From Pelomyxa schiedti (lineage: Eukaryota; Protista; Evosea): a stretch of DNA of 64,000 nucleotides. The DNA lies in contig JAHLWZ010000590.1 of the NCBI GenBank assembly GCA_020536535.1, positions 42,147 through 106,146 on the forward strand, written 5' to 3'. A program made the translations under genes and the position numbers. The notes beneath the pieces were generated by a model. The model saw nothing but the letters and a program-made list of their open reading frames with translations. It was not told the DNA's origin and ran no database searches. Positions 49,504-64,000 of the stretch are shown here, piece after piece (position 1 is the first letter of the stretch; each line of letters begins with the position of its first letter).

Positions 49504-51957
49504 TTAACGGAAATCCGAAGGGTCTACCGTGTGCACCCCGTTTTTGACTCTGGCGGATTCACAACGACCTCCCAAGCCAGCCAAGGTCGATGTGCGATGC
49601 AGGGTCGCGGAAATGGGGCTCCTGGTGGGTCCAAAGTGGACCTTAAAAATGTGGAAAAAACCCCAATTTTTTTGATGGCAGGGTGTAGGAAAAAAGGATC
49701 TGCTTATGTGGGTGACACACATTGAGCAATGTTTTCACTTATCATTTGTTTTTCATAAGAATACATATGCAATGTGAGGGTGAAACTGGCCTTAAAGAGC
49801 CTTGAGGGAAATATCCAGAGTGAAGTGGGGAGGGAGTTTCTTTTTGGGTTAGAAGAGTAGAAGAGCAGTTGCACTACCTTGTTTTTATCACCCTTGTCAA
49901 GCTGTGTCTTGCTGAAAGAGATGTGACCAGCACCACTTCCGGGAACTGTTATGAACATGGTGTTGAACCACAGTGCGAACAGCTGCTTCCGACGGCTGCA
50001 CCTCAGTACCTCCAATTTCACATCGCCGGACACTTCGACTCCAGAACCTAATTGAACTTGATAGGGATGTTCGGGGGCCCCAGATCCAGGAAGGCTACAA
50101 ATGTTGTGCGCATCGTGTACTTTCTATTTCAAAGTGAGTTAAATGTCTTAAATACCATTACAGCAACCTTTTTTAGCCTCTCTTTCTTATAGTGGATAAC
50201 AGAAGCCAAGTCATCGGTCAATGGTTTACTGGAATAAACCAGCTTACCACAAGAGATCACCTTGATACACAAGTCTGACCAAGTTCATGGGAATCAATAA
50301 GAAAACTTGAAAATGTACCATTTTCATCTACTAATGGCTTGGGCGACATTGTTGCACTTGTCAACACCAAAGTCGCCTTCCTGTAGGCAAGATTTCTGGA
50401 GAGGAAATCAGCGTAATAGCCGACATATCGTATTTGGCTAGGAATTGTTACACCCTGTATTTACTAAGGAAGAAAAGACAGTTGGGGAGAATCGAACCTT
50501 ACTATCATATGTACGTTTTGCTGCAAAATATGTCAGCGCTTCTTCTGCAGTGCCACAGGTTCCAGAGTGTAGGAGATATGCTGAAACCATTAAGCCTGTC
50601 CGCCCCTTTGGAAATGAGCACAGTAGAATATGGTGAAGGAAAACCTTTCCAGCTTTACAGTGCACGACTGACACATTTTTTGGTGCTTTTTTAATCCAAG
50701 TATCCTGAATAAGTTAGATTTGTACAAGGAAACGCGGTTTTCGCAATATAAATTAAAATGTGGGTATATACACAAGATTGGCAGAATTGATGTATTAACT
50801 CGAAACTGGGGCAATTGTGGTCATCAAAAGGGAAAACCTCCACTGAGGTAAATTAGGATCTTATTTAACAGTATGCATGAACGCACCACGATAGTTAAAC
50901 TTCACAGGCTCATAACTTCGTTCTGAGCATCTGTACCAGTCCGACTTAAATTCAATTTAAAGTGAGAAGCTTGGGCAGTACAAATTATAAACTCTGTAGC
51001 TCGCTGGGTGCCTAGTTTCCAAAAATCTTAACCAGTGGTCAGGCATGGCATCTGTAAAAAGGATACAACTTGTATACTTCGCGGTAAGGGTTCCGAAAAG
51101 CTGCCTCAACAGACTCCGATGGAAATCCCATGGCGATTACTTTAGGGGTGATATCTGGAGAATAATTGAGATAAAACCGATGTGAATCCTTGATACACGA
51201 CAAATCGAGATCAAAGCCGTCTTCTTGAAACCGCTTTTTCTTTTTTGAAACGGCTATGCGCAGTGCATTACTTGGAGAAGACATGCAATTGTACTATGGG
51301 CACTCAGTAAGGTAAGTTAAGGAGCTGTAGTACCATTGGTGTTCCCAATATTTCTAGTGCATTTGAAGTGCTTAGCTGACCAGACAGCAAATCAGAAATC
51401 GCCCCAGTGCCAAAGCCAGTTGTTTTAGAATGTGCAGATGCACTAGACCCACTTGTGCTTATGGGTTCACCGCCACTGTTAGTATTCTGGGGGCTACTTG
51501 TTCGTGGTAAGTAGTAAGTAGGTGTTCCACTAGCACCTCCATAAGGCGCCGACGGTGATGACGAAGTGTCACCTGTGTTATTGACTGGAGGTGGAGAAGT
51601 TTGAGGTAGTGGTGTTAATATCGCCTGTTGTTGTTGATGTTGTTGCGTTGCAAATGACTGAGGTGGTGCATTGTGTGATTGAATCCCAGTCGAATTCGGG
51701 GGTAGTGAGTAGACAAAATGTTGTTGCTGCTGCTGGCAGTTTGGGGGCGCCTGTGTGCCAGTAAATGTTGTTGCAGTAGTGGTGGGATAGAGTTGTGGGT
51801 AGAGCGGTGGCGTGGGTTGTTGCGAATTCAAAGAGTTCGGTTGAACTTGCAGCTGATAGCAGTTGTAGGACATAGCAGGAGTTTGTTGCTGTGGAGCTGT
51901 GTACATTTGTGATTGCTGCCCGTACCAGTACGTTGGCTGCTGGGTGTTGTTTGACAT
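49504..51957 (-). CDS. PTEN: PTEN-family phosphoinositide phosphatase with Q/P/T-rich N-terminal extension; multi-exon, 3' end approximate
   Basis: [18 protein letters not shown]|[21 protein letters not shown]|GRTG, and a C2 region [12 protein letters not shown] 40-nt phase-0 intron (51294-51333) joins the upstream low-complexity ORF in frame. Confidence 0.85.
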
Positions 51958-52317
51958 TTTGTGGGTGGATTGATTGTTACCCGAAAAGCCAGAGTTGCAG
52001 TGCACAACTCGGAACGAAAAAGACAAAGAGCAACTTTTGGATTTTTTTTGTTTTCTTTTTACAAGCCAACAACCATAGCACAGCGTGTGACGGCACGAAA
52101 AGGGAGGCCTTTGGCAGGCAAGAGTAATCTTTTCTCACAATCTCAACCTGATTGAGCTGTCCAAACCAGTGGAGCAACACAGAAAGGGAGACAGCAGAAT
52201 AGAACTCCATATTGCCACATCAAACAAAAGCCTCTTCACTTCCAGTGCTGTTGGTGCCCAACTACTGTCACTGCAGTTGCACGAAATGTGGTTGTTGTCT
52301 GGTCAGACTTGGTGCTT

Positions 52318-53533
<1,216 letters not shown>

Positions 53534-53761
53534 TTATTCTTTTGTGTTTCTTTGTTTTCTGTTGTGGTGATGAACGACGGGCCTTCTGTTAAAAAGGAAA
53601 AAACCACCGTTGTTTTCACGTGAAAGTGGTGTTACCTGGAATTTGGCAAATTCCTTCCAACTTGGAAGTTACTGTGCCCGAGATAGGTTCTACAATCCAC
53701 TTGGGGAGTTGGTCACTGATGCCACAAAAAAAAAAAATTTATTTGTACAACAAGAAAGGGC

Positions 53762-56700
53762 TCAGGAGCCGGAAGGTGTGGTGTTTGATAAGAGCGTAGT
53801 AATTTTGTGGCAGCTGACACAACATTCACGCTTTTGAGAAGGATTCCAGGGTAGAACTGTGGTGACAAGACATGACTTGCATATAACTTTTTTACAGGTT
53901 TCACAGGTGTTCTGTTGGATAATTTGTTAGAAATTGGGGAGTGCCCAATATTTCGTGGTAATTACCCGGTGCTTTGTGAATGAGAATTTTGCCGAGCAAA
54001 CTTGACATTCCGTGTGTTTGATGGTGTCGCTATGACTGCTCTCTGCAAGAGTACGAAATTTTTCGGTAATAACCTCTTGCATGTCCGGCGTTACTCCTCT
54101 TCTTTTCAGCTATTTTCTATGAGTTGAGAAGGAAAACAAGTGGGGAATACATCATCAAGGTCTTTATAGCAATGTGGATGAGATAAAATCCATTGTATGA
54201 ATTGGTCACGAATTTCCTAAAATTATTGTCAAGGATTTTATTTCCTGGCATAGTAGAAAAACCTCAAGGTGATTGTGGTGTGAAATCACCATCAACGAGA
54301 GGATCCTCTCAGGAACTCCAGGGGACTTAGGGTTTGACTCACTTTGCCGTAACAATTCCTTGATCTAGAAATGCTATTGGTAAACTCATTAAAAGATCAG
54401 TAAGGAGAACCTCAGTAACTGTAGAGTCCTCGACAGTGCCCTTGTGTACTTGTAGTTTCAGTTCCAACTGATTCCGAAAGGTTTCTGGAAGCGCTAAAAC
54501 CAGGGAGTTAGGCCAGGATGAAATTATGTCCGCGTTCTTTTGTAGTTCTGAGATATGCTCCTTTCGAAGTGTCATCAGAAATTAAGCTGCAAGAGCATTT
54601 ACCACAACAAATGTTTTCATTGTTTGGATGGAACTCTGAGCCAGGCAGATGTGTGTATAAAATTTTTCTGCTAATTCCCACAGTAATCCCACTGCACTCA
54701 ATGATATGCATTCGTTTATAAGAAATCGAAAGCACCTATCCACAAGATAGTACTGAAGAGAATGAGTACAAATTGGGAGTGAGCTAGTGTACATCCGCTA
54801 AAGCTTCTGCAAGATCAAGTAGAGCAAGCACTTGGTTTGCGCGGGAGCTATGTGAGTATTTCTCGTGGGTAGATGCTTGTAGGTTGTGAGGAAGTCGTAG
54901 TTAGTTGAATAGGTACGATACCATTATAAAACACTTTTTCAAAATTTCTGCCAGAATATAGAAATCTCAAATAGGATCCCATGGCAAACTTGTTGAAAAT
55001 AGCAGGATCACCCACAATAACAGAAACGAAAGGCTGCGAGGAAAAATTCTTTTTGGCACGATCAACATCTGTCTGCTTAAGAGGGGTTGTTGCAGATACG
55101 GGGGTTGTGGATTTGAATGTGGTAGTGCTACGACTGGCAGTATTTAATGTGGGGTCAAGTGCTGGACTTGTAGATAGGGCATTTGGTGTGACGCTAGTAG
55201 TTGTTTGGGATGCTGTAATGACGGGAGGAGTGGGGGGAGTTAAAGGATGATCTGGAATTTTCGGCGTTTGTGTTTCATCAATGACCGATGTGGATGGAGA
55301 AGATTCACTGCTTTTCGGTACTAGAGCCGTTTCAGTGGAGGAGGTGAGTTGAGATGTAGATTCAGGGGAATGGATTTCTTTTCCCATTGCCTGAAGATTT
55401 GTACTTAATTGCTCGGAACTTGCACTCAATTCACCACACATTGGTGGAGGAGATTCCGAAGTTGAAGAGGGGGTTACTTGTGGGAGGGCCGGTGGGTGCG
55501 ATTCTAATTTTCGGAGCATTGAATGCCAATGTTCTGAAAATTCACTGAGGATGACGCGATGGGCTTTGGCTACAATTAAAGCTGAATGAGTCCCAGTCTC
55601 CCTACGAAATTACTCAGTTAACGGTGATTGTGGGAGAATTAGAGAAACAACTTGGCCCGAAAATCGAGATCTGAGAGGAAGGGGTTACTAACCAGATTAC
55701 ATAAATCGCGAGACATTTGTAAATCTTGGAATTGCAATGACACTGAGCAAACAAAATGATTAAGAATTTAGGGAAAAGGGGAATATACTGTGAGTTGAAG
55801 TTCTCTTAAAGTACTGCCATTGCGCCAAAAGGGTCGAGAGGCTTGCCTGCTGTTGCACTGACATCCAACTGAACTTTAAACTCCTTTTGCACGGATCACG
55901 GACTACAGGAACTTCGCTCCTAATAATATCCATTGCCCTAAAGAGAGATGAGACATTTTCAACCTACTGTTTTCTACCGAGTGCTTATATTATAGGGTTG
56001 TTGTTCTTCATCAAATGCATCAAGAAACAGTTTACCAATATCACAAGCATCCTCGAAAGGAGCACTTTTGAAAAAGTTCAAAGCTTGAGGGAAAGTCACG
56101 AGGGAATAACTGTATGTGTCGGTACCTCTCGTATAAAATTTTGCAGAAACGGTGGGGTAAACATGTGTATATAGATATTTGCAACAGAGAGATACGTTCA
56201 ATCGCTCCATTGGCTTCAAATTTTCCACCACCGAACACAGGTTACTGACATTAATGCGGCCGAGGGATCCTGCATTGATTTGGCTTGATGGCCACACTTC
56301 TACTGATAGTAAATCATTGAATTAAAATGGGGGAATTACTGAAGAATCCTGCAGAAAACATTTCATTGCATAGCTGGGGAAGCAATGGTCAAGTAAGGTT
56401 TTTTAAGGTATAATTACAATAATGAGGGATTCCACAGAATATGAACTGGCAAGCTCAGATAGTTTGACAGCCATTTCTCTGGAATTTATTTCAATACGAC
56501 CTACATAACAACATAAATTGTTCATTATGCCTTTTTAAAAAAAACCTGTGTAGATGAAGTTGAGCATTGCTCGAAACAAAACAGGTTCTGCATCAACACA
56601 GATTGTGTGAAAGTGCCTCTTTTTAAGCTTTTCAAATTTCATGGCAAACTCTATTGATCTGGCGCTGTGGAATTGTCATGGTGGAATTTAAGCATTTTAA

Positions 56701-57804
56701 TTAGACCTCAATATAACTCTGTGAGCAAGAATAGGTGGCTCGGACTCATCCTTGAATTTGATGCATACGTCAGGATACATATCAGCATCGTTTACAACAT
56801 AAGGAAGAAACTTGGGTATTGGTTTTTGTCTCTAGATTTTGTTTTGACAAGGAAATTGAGAAAAAGTCAAATTGAGGGATTTTCTTTTATTTAAAAAAAA
56901 AAGTGACTGCAATAATGCAACAAGATTGAACTTGCCCTAAACCTGCAGTTGAACAGGGTCATACTTGAAAGGAGAAGAACCCAAGTTAAAAATCACATGG
57001 GCATCTTTGAAAAGAACAGTGATAGCTGGAAATACTTCTCCTGTCGTCCAAAGGGTATAATTTGCTGCATGGAAAATGAGGGAACGAATGAGAGTGTACA
57101 ACAAGATTTCGTTTTCTTACGGAATCTAATGCCATTTACTGCAAAGAAAGTGAGACGGCGAGTCATGTCAACGACACATCCCAGCACATCACCATTCTCC
57201 ATTGGCAATCCATACACTCTGCCTTTTCTGGATGCACAAAGAAACCGTCCATTCTTTGGCTTGAAGGCGAGCCCTGTTCTGCATATGTTAGTTTTGACTT
57301 GGTTCCTTTGGATTGTTTGAGTGTTGACGTAAAGAAATACCTTCTCCATCCCAGCACACCCGCCCTCATAGACTTGGTGCATAATCCAACAAGGATGTTG
57401 TCCTTGCCCTTAAGGACAGTAACTTCAAAGTAGTACAAATTCCCCTTATGCCTTGTTTTAGATGGAACTGGGCTCGAAGTACGAAACAGTCTATAGTGCT
57501 GCAACTCTCTCGTACTTGGAGGTATCCCACTTCCTACACAAACAGTCAATAAATTGGAACAAAAGTACTTTATTCACTTAACTACGTATTCCTTTCTATC
57601 ACCACTACTATCTCCTGAAAATAGTTTCTATTTTCAGCTTGTTTTTTTTTTTGTTTTGTTTGTTTCTTTGAAAGGTCCTTTCAAACCTTCAGGGACTTTG
57701 ATCACGTTCGATGTGCAGCCCTCGAGGGTAAGAACGTCACTCGTCGAAGTAGTCGACGAAGACGCGGCTGTGGACGTTGATGTAGTTAACGACGCCGACG
57801 ACAT
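53762..57804 (-). CDS. SPRY + BTB/POZ + degenerate FYVE-type zinc-finger protein; multi-exon, internal exons approximate
   Basis: SPRY motifs YYFEVTV and GDVLGCVVD..FFAVNG. BTB motifs YPDVCIKF..PILAHRVIL and FRAMLNFIYT. C-terminal CQVCSAKFSFTKHR|NTCETCKKVICKSC...CCVSCHK. Confidence 0.7.
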
Positions 57805-58133
57805 TCATGAAACCATGCGCGCGCCTCCAGAGATGATGATGATGTGACACCGCGTGACTTCAACTGGATACGGCGGTACAATGAAAAAAAAAAAACTACG
57901 GTTTCTTTGATCTCGAGGTGTTTTCTTCACGTGGCACTTTCGGACAAAAGTTCCTCTGATTTGCAAGAAGTTACAAGTTTTCCTGCCCTGTGGCGGAAGT
58001 GGCCACTCCTCTCCTCGGTCTTCGGCGTTCTGGTCGTTGTTGTCCAGATTTATTCCCTGAGGTAGTGCTTCTCCTCTTGTCCGATCTACTAAATCCAATC
58101 AATTTACTTCCAATTTGCACCTCTCCAGAGACG

Positions 58134-59369
58134 ATGATGGTGACTCGCACTGCTGCTTTGGTTGTTACTGCTGTGTTGTGCGTGGCTCTGACGTACTCGA
58201 CGGAGGCTGTCGAATCAGAGGCCAACCAGGGGCGCCCGCGGTGTCCCATAACCCTGGGCTGGATCGAGCAGGCGCTGTCCTCGGAGAAGGCGTGCGCCCC
58301 CGGCCCCGACCTCGACGCCTCCCGCTGCGCCTCCGCCCTCGACCTCCGCTCCGTCTCCTACGACCGCCCCTGCCTCGACTGCATCTCCCAGCACGCCTCC
58401 GCCTCCCAGCACCCGCAGCCCCTCTCCCCTCTGGCCTGCGACCCCTCCACGGGCCTCTGCGCCTCCCCCCCTTCCCCCTTGCCCCCGGCGCCCACCACCA
58501 TCAAGCGGGCCTGCGCCCAGACCTGCTTCGACTCGTGCTACGGCACCGACTCGCTCCCGCAGGCCCAGCAGCACGAGGGCAGCGGCGGGGGCAGCGGGCC
58601 GCAGGGGCCGGTGTTCCCGGAGCTCACGTGGGACCGCGAGTGCAGCTGCAGGATGGTCTCCCCAGAGGCCGCGAACATGGCCACCAAGAGGAAGTACGCC
58701 GTGTGCCAGCTCACCGCCCCGCTGTTTGGCGAGAAGCGCGACCACGGCACCAGGTGCGGCGACCCGACCGAGTCGTTCGTGCTTCTGTGCCTGCTGCTGG
58801 CTGCCACGGCGTTCCTGGCCGTGCAGTTCACGCGGTGGCTATCTTCCAGGGGCGACATATGCGGGACCTTGGTGTACATCCTGCTGGCGGTGTTCTCCGT
58901 GCTTGTGGCTGCGGTGCTGAGCGTTTCCTTGGTGGTGGCTCACTACGAACTCGGGGCGGAGCCGGAACCTGTGCTTCTGACTGCCGGGACTGATGCGGAC
59001 CAGTTCGCGAAGTCTTGCTTGCTGAGCTACGAGGGACTGCACCAGAAGATGCTGATGACTGGATACCGGGCCTCGTCTTCGCTGTACCTGTTCCACGACA
59101 ATGTTACCGAGCTTGTGGACGAGGAGACAGACTGCTGGGGGAGGTTGTACAGCCACTCGAACAATTGCTTCTCACTGGCTACCTCGCTGAGAACGAGGGC
59201 AAATGGTTGCCCGAATCCCGGCAGGATTGCGTGGCGTTTCATACACGATGCTGCTGTGGGACCTGTGGCAAGCTTCTTGAGGATTGCAATATTTGTGAAT
59301 ATGGCTGCTGATGTGGTGAAAGGCTGTGGTTCCGTCCTTGGCTTGATTGGTGCCAAGCTCTTGGTATAG
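58134..59369 (+). CDS. Intronless membrane protein: signal peptide, Cys-rich ectodomain, two TM, Cys-containing loop, C-terminal TM
   Basis: Continuous ORF. Hydrophobic segments TAALVVTAVLCVALTYS, FVLLCLLLAATAFLAVQF, LVYILLAVFSVLVAAVLSVSLVV and a hydrophobic C-terminus. Confidence 0.7.
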   Translation: MMVTRTAALVVTAVLCVALTYSTEAVESEANQGRPRCPITLGWIEQALSSEKACAPGPDLDASRCASALDLRSVSYDRPCLDCISQHASASQHPQPLSPLACDPSTGLCASPPSPLPPAPTTIKRACAQTCFDSCYGTDSLPQAQQHEGSGGGSGPQGPVFPELTWDRECSCRMVSPEAANMATKRKYAVCQLTAPLFGEKRDHGTRCGDPTESFVLLCLLLAATAFLAVQFTRWLSSRGDICGTLVYILLAVFSVLVAAVLSVSLVVAHYELGAEPEPVLLTAGTDADQFAKSCLLSYEGLHQKMLMTGYRASSSLYLFHDNVTELVDEETDCWGRLYSHSNNCFSLATSLRTRANGCPNPGRIAWRFIHDAAVGPVASFLRIAIFVNMAADVVKGCGSVLGLIGAKLLV

Positions 59370-59424
59370 TTAAAGAACAAAAAAGATACCGTTTCTGTTG
59401 TTTGTTCCAAAAAAGAAGCAGTGG

Positions 59425-61806
59425 TCAAGAGGGGGTCCACACTTCAATATCACTGACCACCCATGAGTTGTATGTTCCAGCAAGGTATTCAGTTGGGGGG
59501 TTGTGTGGCGGTTGCTCGCAGTAACTGTGGTTCACGTTTGCGTAGCTGCCTATTCGTGTGTTGCTGTTGTTGCAGATGTGCAAGGAGTGTCCACCACCAT
59601 ATGTTGGCCCATAATCACAGTTGCAACAAATGCAGTAGTTATGGTCTCGGCACCTGAGGATTGTGCCTGTTGTGGTTCCGGCACGAACAAGGCTGTATAC
59701 AAAAGTGTGTCCCTCACACCCTCCTGAATAGCCGGATCTGCCATCAAACTGAATGTTTGTGTATCCTCCACATATATCTGTGCGTGTGTTTGAATGTTTG
59801 AAAACGGGAAATGAGAACACACAGTTTGTTGTGGTCCTGACAATGGACAGCGTTGGGGTGATGTTGTTGCACAGTTCATGGAACTTCACACCACCGAAAC
59901 CGTGGTCTGATCCACGCCACAGCAGCCGCCACGTTGTGTTCGTCATCTTGTGGCCCATGGCACCCTCCGCGCCGACAACCATCTCGTGCAACTTCTTGTC
60001 GAGTTCAGGGGTCGTGAGTATCTTGCTTCCTGGGAATGCTCTGTGTGCAATATGTGCAATGTGAGTTGGGGTGCCTGGGTTTTTTTTGGGAAGGAACACA
60101 CACCCCTCAACAACAGGAATGACGAGAGGAGACCCAACGATGTGGACGTTGTTGAATTTGACTGTGAGAGTGTGATCACCAGTTGGACTCGGTGTCATTC
60201 TCACTGTCATGTGTCCTCGTCCTTGCTCCGCGTTCTCCTCCATTAAAATCTTGGTTGCTGTCCCATCATTCCCTGGGCTCTGAATAAACGGTTGGGTTAT
60301 TACGGGATGAATTTGGCACAAAAGAAAAAGAGGGAGGGAGGAAGGGGGAGAACCGAGCAAGAACAAGTGAGTCCCGATGTGCACGTTGAGGGTTTCCCTG
60401 TTTTGTCACACACTTGTATTGCTGCAACAACAATCAGCTCATTTCCGAGGCATATTGGCCCTGTCCCTGTTCTCACAATCTTGCTTTGTGTTGCATCAAC
60501 TGTCGTGTGTTTGGTTGTTCGTTATTGTTTAGTTTCATGGTATGCGAGGCCTTGTCTTGTGGAGTGAGTGAGGCAGTGGGCTTTTGATATTATTAATATG
60601 TGCTGGGGAAAAGGAGAACCTGGAGGAAGAACCTGCAAGTCCCTGATGGCGGTGGAAAGGTGACTGCAGTCAAGTGGTGATTCCTCGAGTTGCGTTGATG
60701 CATGTGGAACGAGCATGCTCCCACTTAGGAATTGTGTTGCCAGGTTTGCTGCATGAATGGCAACAACTCCAAGACTCACGAATCCAAACGGATCTTCTTC
60801 CTTTACTCGCTGCGTGGACATATCAGCACATGAAATCTGGAACACAGTAAGAATTCTAGACAGAGAGACCGGTAGAAAAAGTCTGATGGCACTCAAGTGT
60901 TTAACACACCCCACACTTCACAGATGAGACTTGGCCATCAACAGATTTGATTTGTGCCTCCAGTGTGCAAGCCTTCATGCTTTGCTTTCTTTCAACAAAC
61001 TCACACAGCTCGTTCTGCTTTAGTTCCAGAAGCTTGTGCATCTCACTTATCTTGTGAAATATTTAAGGGAGCAAGAATAAGAATAAGAAGTTGTGTGACA
61101 AACTGTTTCTTTGATGGAGTTGCATTGGTTCCTTGTTTCCATTTCCGTTTCCCCTTTGTTTGTTTCAAGCCGTGACTTGAAAGCCTGACAAAAAAGAAAC
61201 CACAGTGAATTGTCCCAACGAGATTGAAAAAATGCAGACCATCAACTCATCGACGCACTGCAAAAGATAATCATTTTTTGACCGGAGTTGCGGAACAATC
61301 AGGTTCCTCCCTTCCTCGAGATCAACGCACTCGTGTTGTCTGTGCTGGTTGACAAAAAGAGGGTTACGTGAGTGGTGAATTTAATTGCAGTCTATTCTAC
61401 ATTCTCATGAAGGAGGAAGAAGAAGGAAGGGAGGAGGCACATACAGTGCCGATAATGAAACACTTGTCACAGATAACTTCATTGCATTGCTTGCAAAAAA
61501 GTTCCCGTTTTTCTTTCTTGTGGATCCTGCAGTACTTTGGTGAAACTTTTGATCCATCCACCACAGGAGTGCTTCCCATCAAGGAAACAACCTCATGTGC
61601 CTTGAATGCTGGCAGTGCGTGCAATTTGTTCAAATGTTTCGAGCACAGCTGGTGCAAAATCAGTTGGAAAAAAGAAAGAAAAAAAAAGGGGGGAGAAACA
61701 AACCAATCCGCAAGTTTCACACTTGAATGACGCAGGCCTCTCTTGACACATACTGCAGAGGCTCCCCTCTCTGGTCCCACATGCACCCTCACCGTTTGTT
61801 TGTGAT

Positions 61807-61840
<34 letters not shown>

Positions 61841-62301
61841 CTTCCAATAGTGTTGCGCCCCCAATGACTGATCTCAGGTCCACGTTCACAGTCAGTGACG
61901 TCGACCTGAGTGCCGTTCCACACCCGAATCCACACTCGATCTCCTGAACATGTGTTTTGAAGAGGAAGGAAGGAAGGAGGGAGGGAGGGAGAAAATGTTA
62001 GAGGGACAAAAGGCAGACCCAAAATGGCCACACGCATACAGAGAGGGAAGGGTCAGCAGACAACTTCTTCCGAGCGCAAGCGAGACACACACTGTGGAGG
62101 CACACGGGGAACGTCACAGGGTCAACGAGTACGCCCCCGCAGATGTGACACACAAACACCTGTGAAACCCCCCAAAATGGGTGCTTTGAAACCGAATCGG
62201 ATTGAGAAAGAATGACGAACCATGCATGTTGCAACGGTGTTGGCAGAGTGGGTAGGCGTAGGCGCCGTTGTGCCCGCCAAGTTGGAACAACAAGATGCCA
62301 T
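59425..62301 (-). CDS. TRIM-like RING/B-box-filamin-TLDc protein (paralogue 2); multi-exon
   Basis: Same motifs and intron positions as 45826-48561, with a polyQ insert. Ends SDIEVWTPS*. Confidence 0.85.
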
Positions 62302-62475
62302 TCCTTGGTTTCCGAGAAACACCCACCGAATTCAAGCAATATTTCAGGATTTGCCGCAAACAAACACAACACACTCAGCAAGGGGTCCAGACTTCGAGGT
62401 AACTGACAAGCCAGCCCTCACGGGTCCAGCAAGATCGTCGTCACTGAAAAAAATTTTCGAAACTTTGTTGAAGAG

Positions 62476-64000
62476 TCAAAGTGGAGCCCACACTTCGATA
62501 TCACAGACCACCCATGAGGAGTATGTTCCAGCAAGGTATTCATTTGGGGGGTTGTGCTGTGGCTGCTCACAGTAACTGGGGTGCACGTTCGCGTAGCTGC
62601 CGGTTGTTGTGTTGCTGTTGTTGCATACATACAAGGAGAATCCACCACCATATGTTGGTCCATATTCAGGGCTGCAAAAAATGCAGTGGTTGTGGCCTTT
62701 GCACCTGAGGATTGTGCCTGTTGTGGTTCCCGCGCGAACAAGGCTGTATACAAATGTGCGTCCCCCACACCCTCCTCTATAGTCGTTGCCGTTGTCAAAC
62801 TGAATGTTTGTGTAGCCTCCACATATATCTGCGGATTATCACTTAATATTCATTCATTAACTGAGGTGATAACACACAGTTTGTTGTGGTCCTGACAATG
62901 GACAGCGTTGGGGTGATGTTGTTGCACAGTTCATGGAACTTGGCAGCACCGAAACCGTGGTCCGATCCACGCCACAGCAGCCGCCACGTTGTGTTCGTCA
63001 TCTTGTGGCCCATGGCACCCTCTGCGCCGACAACCATCTGGTGCAACTTGTTGTCGAGTTCACGTGTCGTGAGTATCTTGCTTCCTCGGAATGCTCTGTG
63101 TGCAATATTGTGCAATGTGAGACAGAGAGAAGAGTGAGCGATGTGATGAACGTCACTGTTTGCTTAGGCTTTGAGAGATTGGGCAGTGGCACACACCGGT
63201 GATCATCAACAGGAATGACGAGAGGAGATCCAACGATGTGGACGTTGTTGAATTTGACGGTGAGAGTGTGATCACCAGTTGGACTCGGTGTCATTCTCAC
63301 TGTCATGTGTCCTCGTCCCTTCTCCGCGTTTTCTTCCATCAAAATGTGGGATTTCACCCCATCATTCCCTGGTCTCTGGACGAATTGGCACAAAAAAAAA
63401 GGAGAAGGGAGGAGGAGAACCGAGCAAGAACAAGTGAGTCCCGATGTGCACGTCGATGGGTTCCCTGTTTTGTCACACACTTGTATTGCTGCAACAACAA
63501 TCGGCTCATTTCCGAGGAATATTGGCCCCGTCTCTGTTCTCACAATCTTGCTTTGTGTTGCATCAACTGTTGTGTGTCAGATAATGCTTTGACGCATTGT
63601 ATATCTTGGCGAAAAAGAACCTGGAGGAAGAAGCTGCAAGTCCCTGATGACAGCGGAAAGGTGACTGCAGTCAAGTGGTGATTCCTCGAGTTGTGCTGAC
63701 ACACCTGGAACTAACGCACTCCCACTTGGGAACTGTGTTGCCAAACTGGTTGCGTGAATGGCAACAACTCCAAAACTCACGAATTCAAATGGATCTTCTT
63801 CACTTACTGTTTTGTTGGACATCGCTGCACATGAAATCTGAGGATCTATCTTTAGAACCAATAACCACCAAACGGAAGTGTCACCCCACAGTTGACTGAT
63901 GCAAGTTGATCCTCAACAGAATGTATTTGCGCATCAAGTGTGCTAACTTTCGAAGTCTGCTTGCTTTCAACAAAGTTGCACAGTTCAATCTTCTTCTCTT
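62476..64000 (-). CDS. TRIM-like filamin-TLDc protein (paralogue 3), 5' part beyond window
   Basis: Near-identical nucleotide blocks to paralogue 2 (GDHTLTVKFNNVHIVGSPL, WRLLWRGSDHGF). Ends CDIEVWAPL*. Confidence 0.85.

Overview
Gene-dense, intron-rich eukaryotic scaffold with short GT-AG introns and a 101-N gap at 32580-32680. It is most likely from an amoebozoan of the Archamoebae type (Pelomyxa/Mastigamoeba-like); this is inferred from the conventional actin sequence and the ciliary transition-zone gene B9D1. About 27 protein genes were reconstructed by hand across introns, so some exon boundaries are approximate. Housekeeping genes: actin, PTEN, NPRL2, TXNL4B, RCHY1, B9D1, a homeobox gene and a class III adenylyl cyclase. 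Unusual domain fusions: Zn-less sirtuin+YEATS, F-box+galectin, Arg-type ADP-ribosyltransferase+Sel1, UBL+PNGase+legume lectin, nucleotidyltransferase-like+F-box, and three RING/B-box-filamin-TLDc paralogues. There is also an actinobacterial-type secreted HNH nuclease that carries introns. The 35.5-43.8 kb accessory segment holds the two strongest findings: (1) a stonustoxin-like MACPF pore-forming toxin whose C-terminal B30.2 domain is replaced by a phage tail-collar domain, and (2) a candidate circularly permuted tRNA gene (3' half upstream of 5' half, with complementary flanks). The same segment contains repeat blocks, a non-LTR retroelement remnant and a 5x SUEL-like lectin built by exon duplication.
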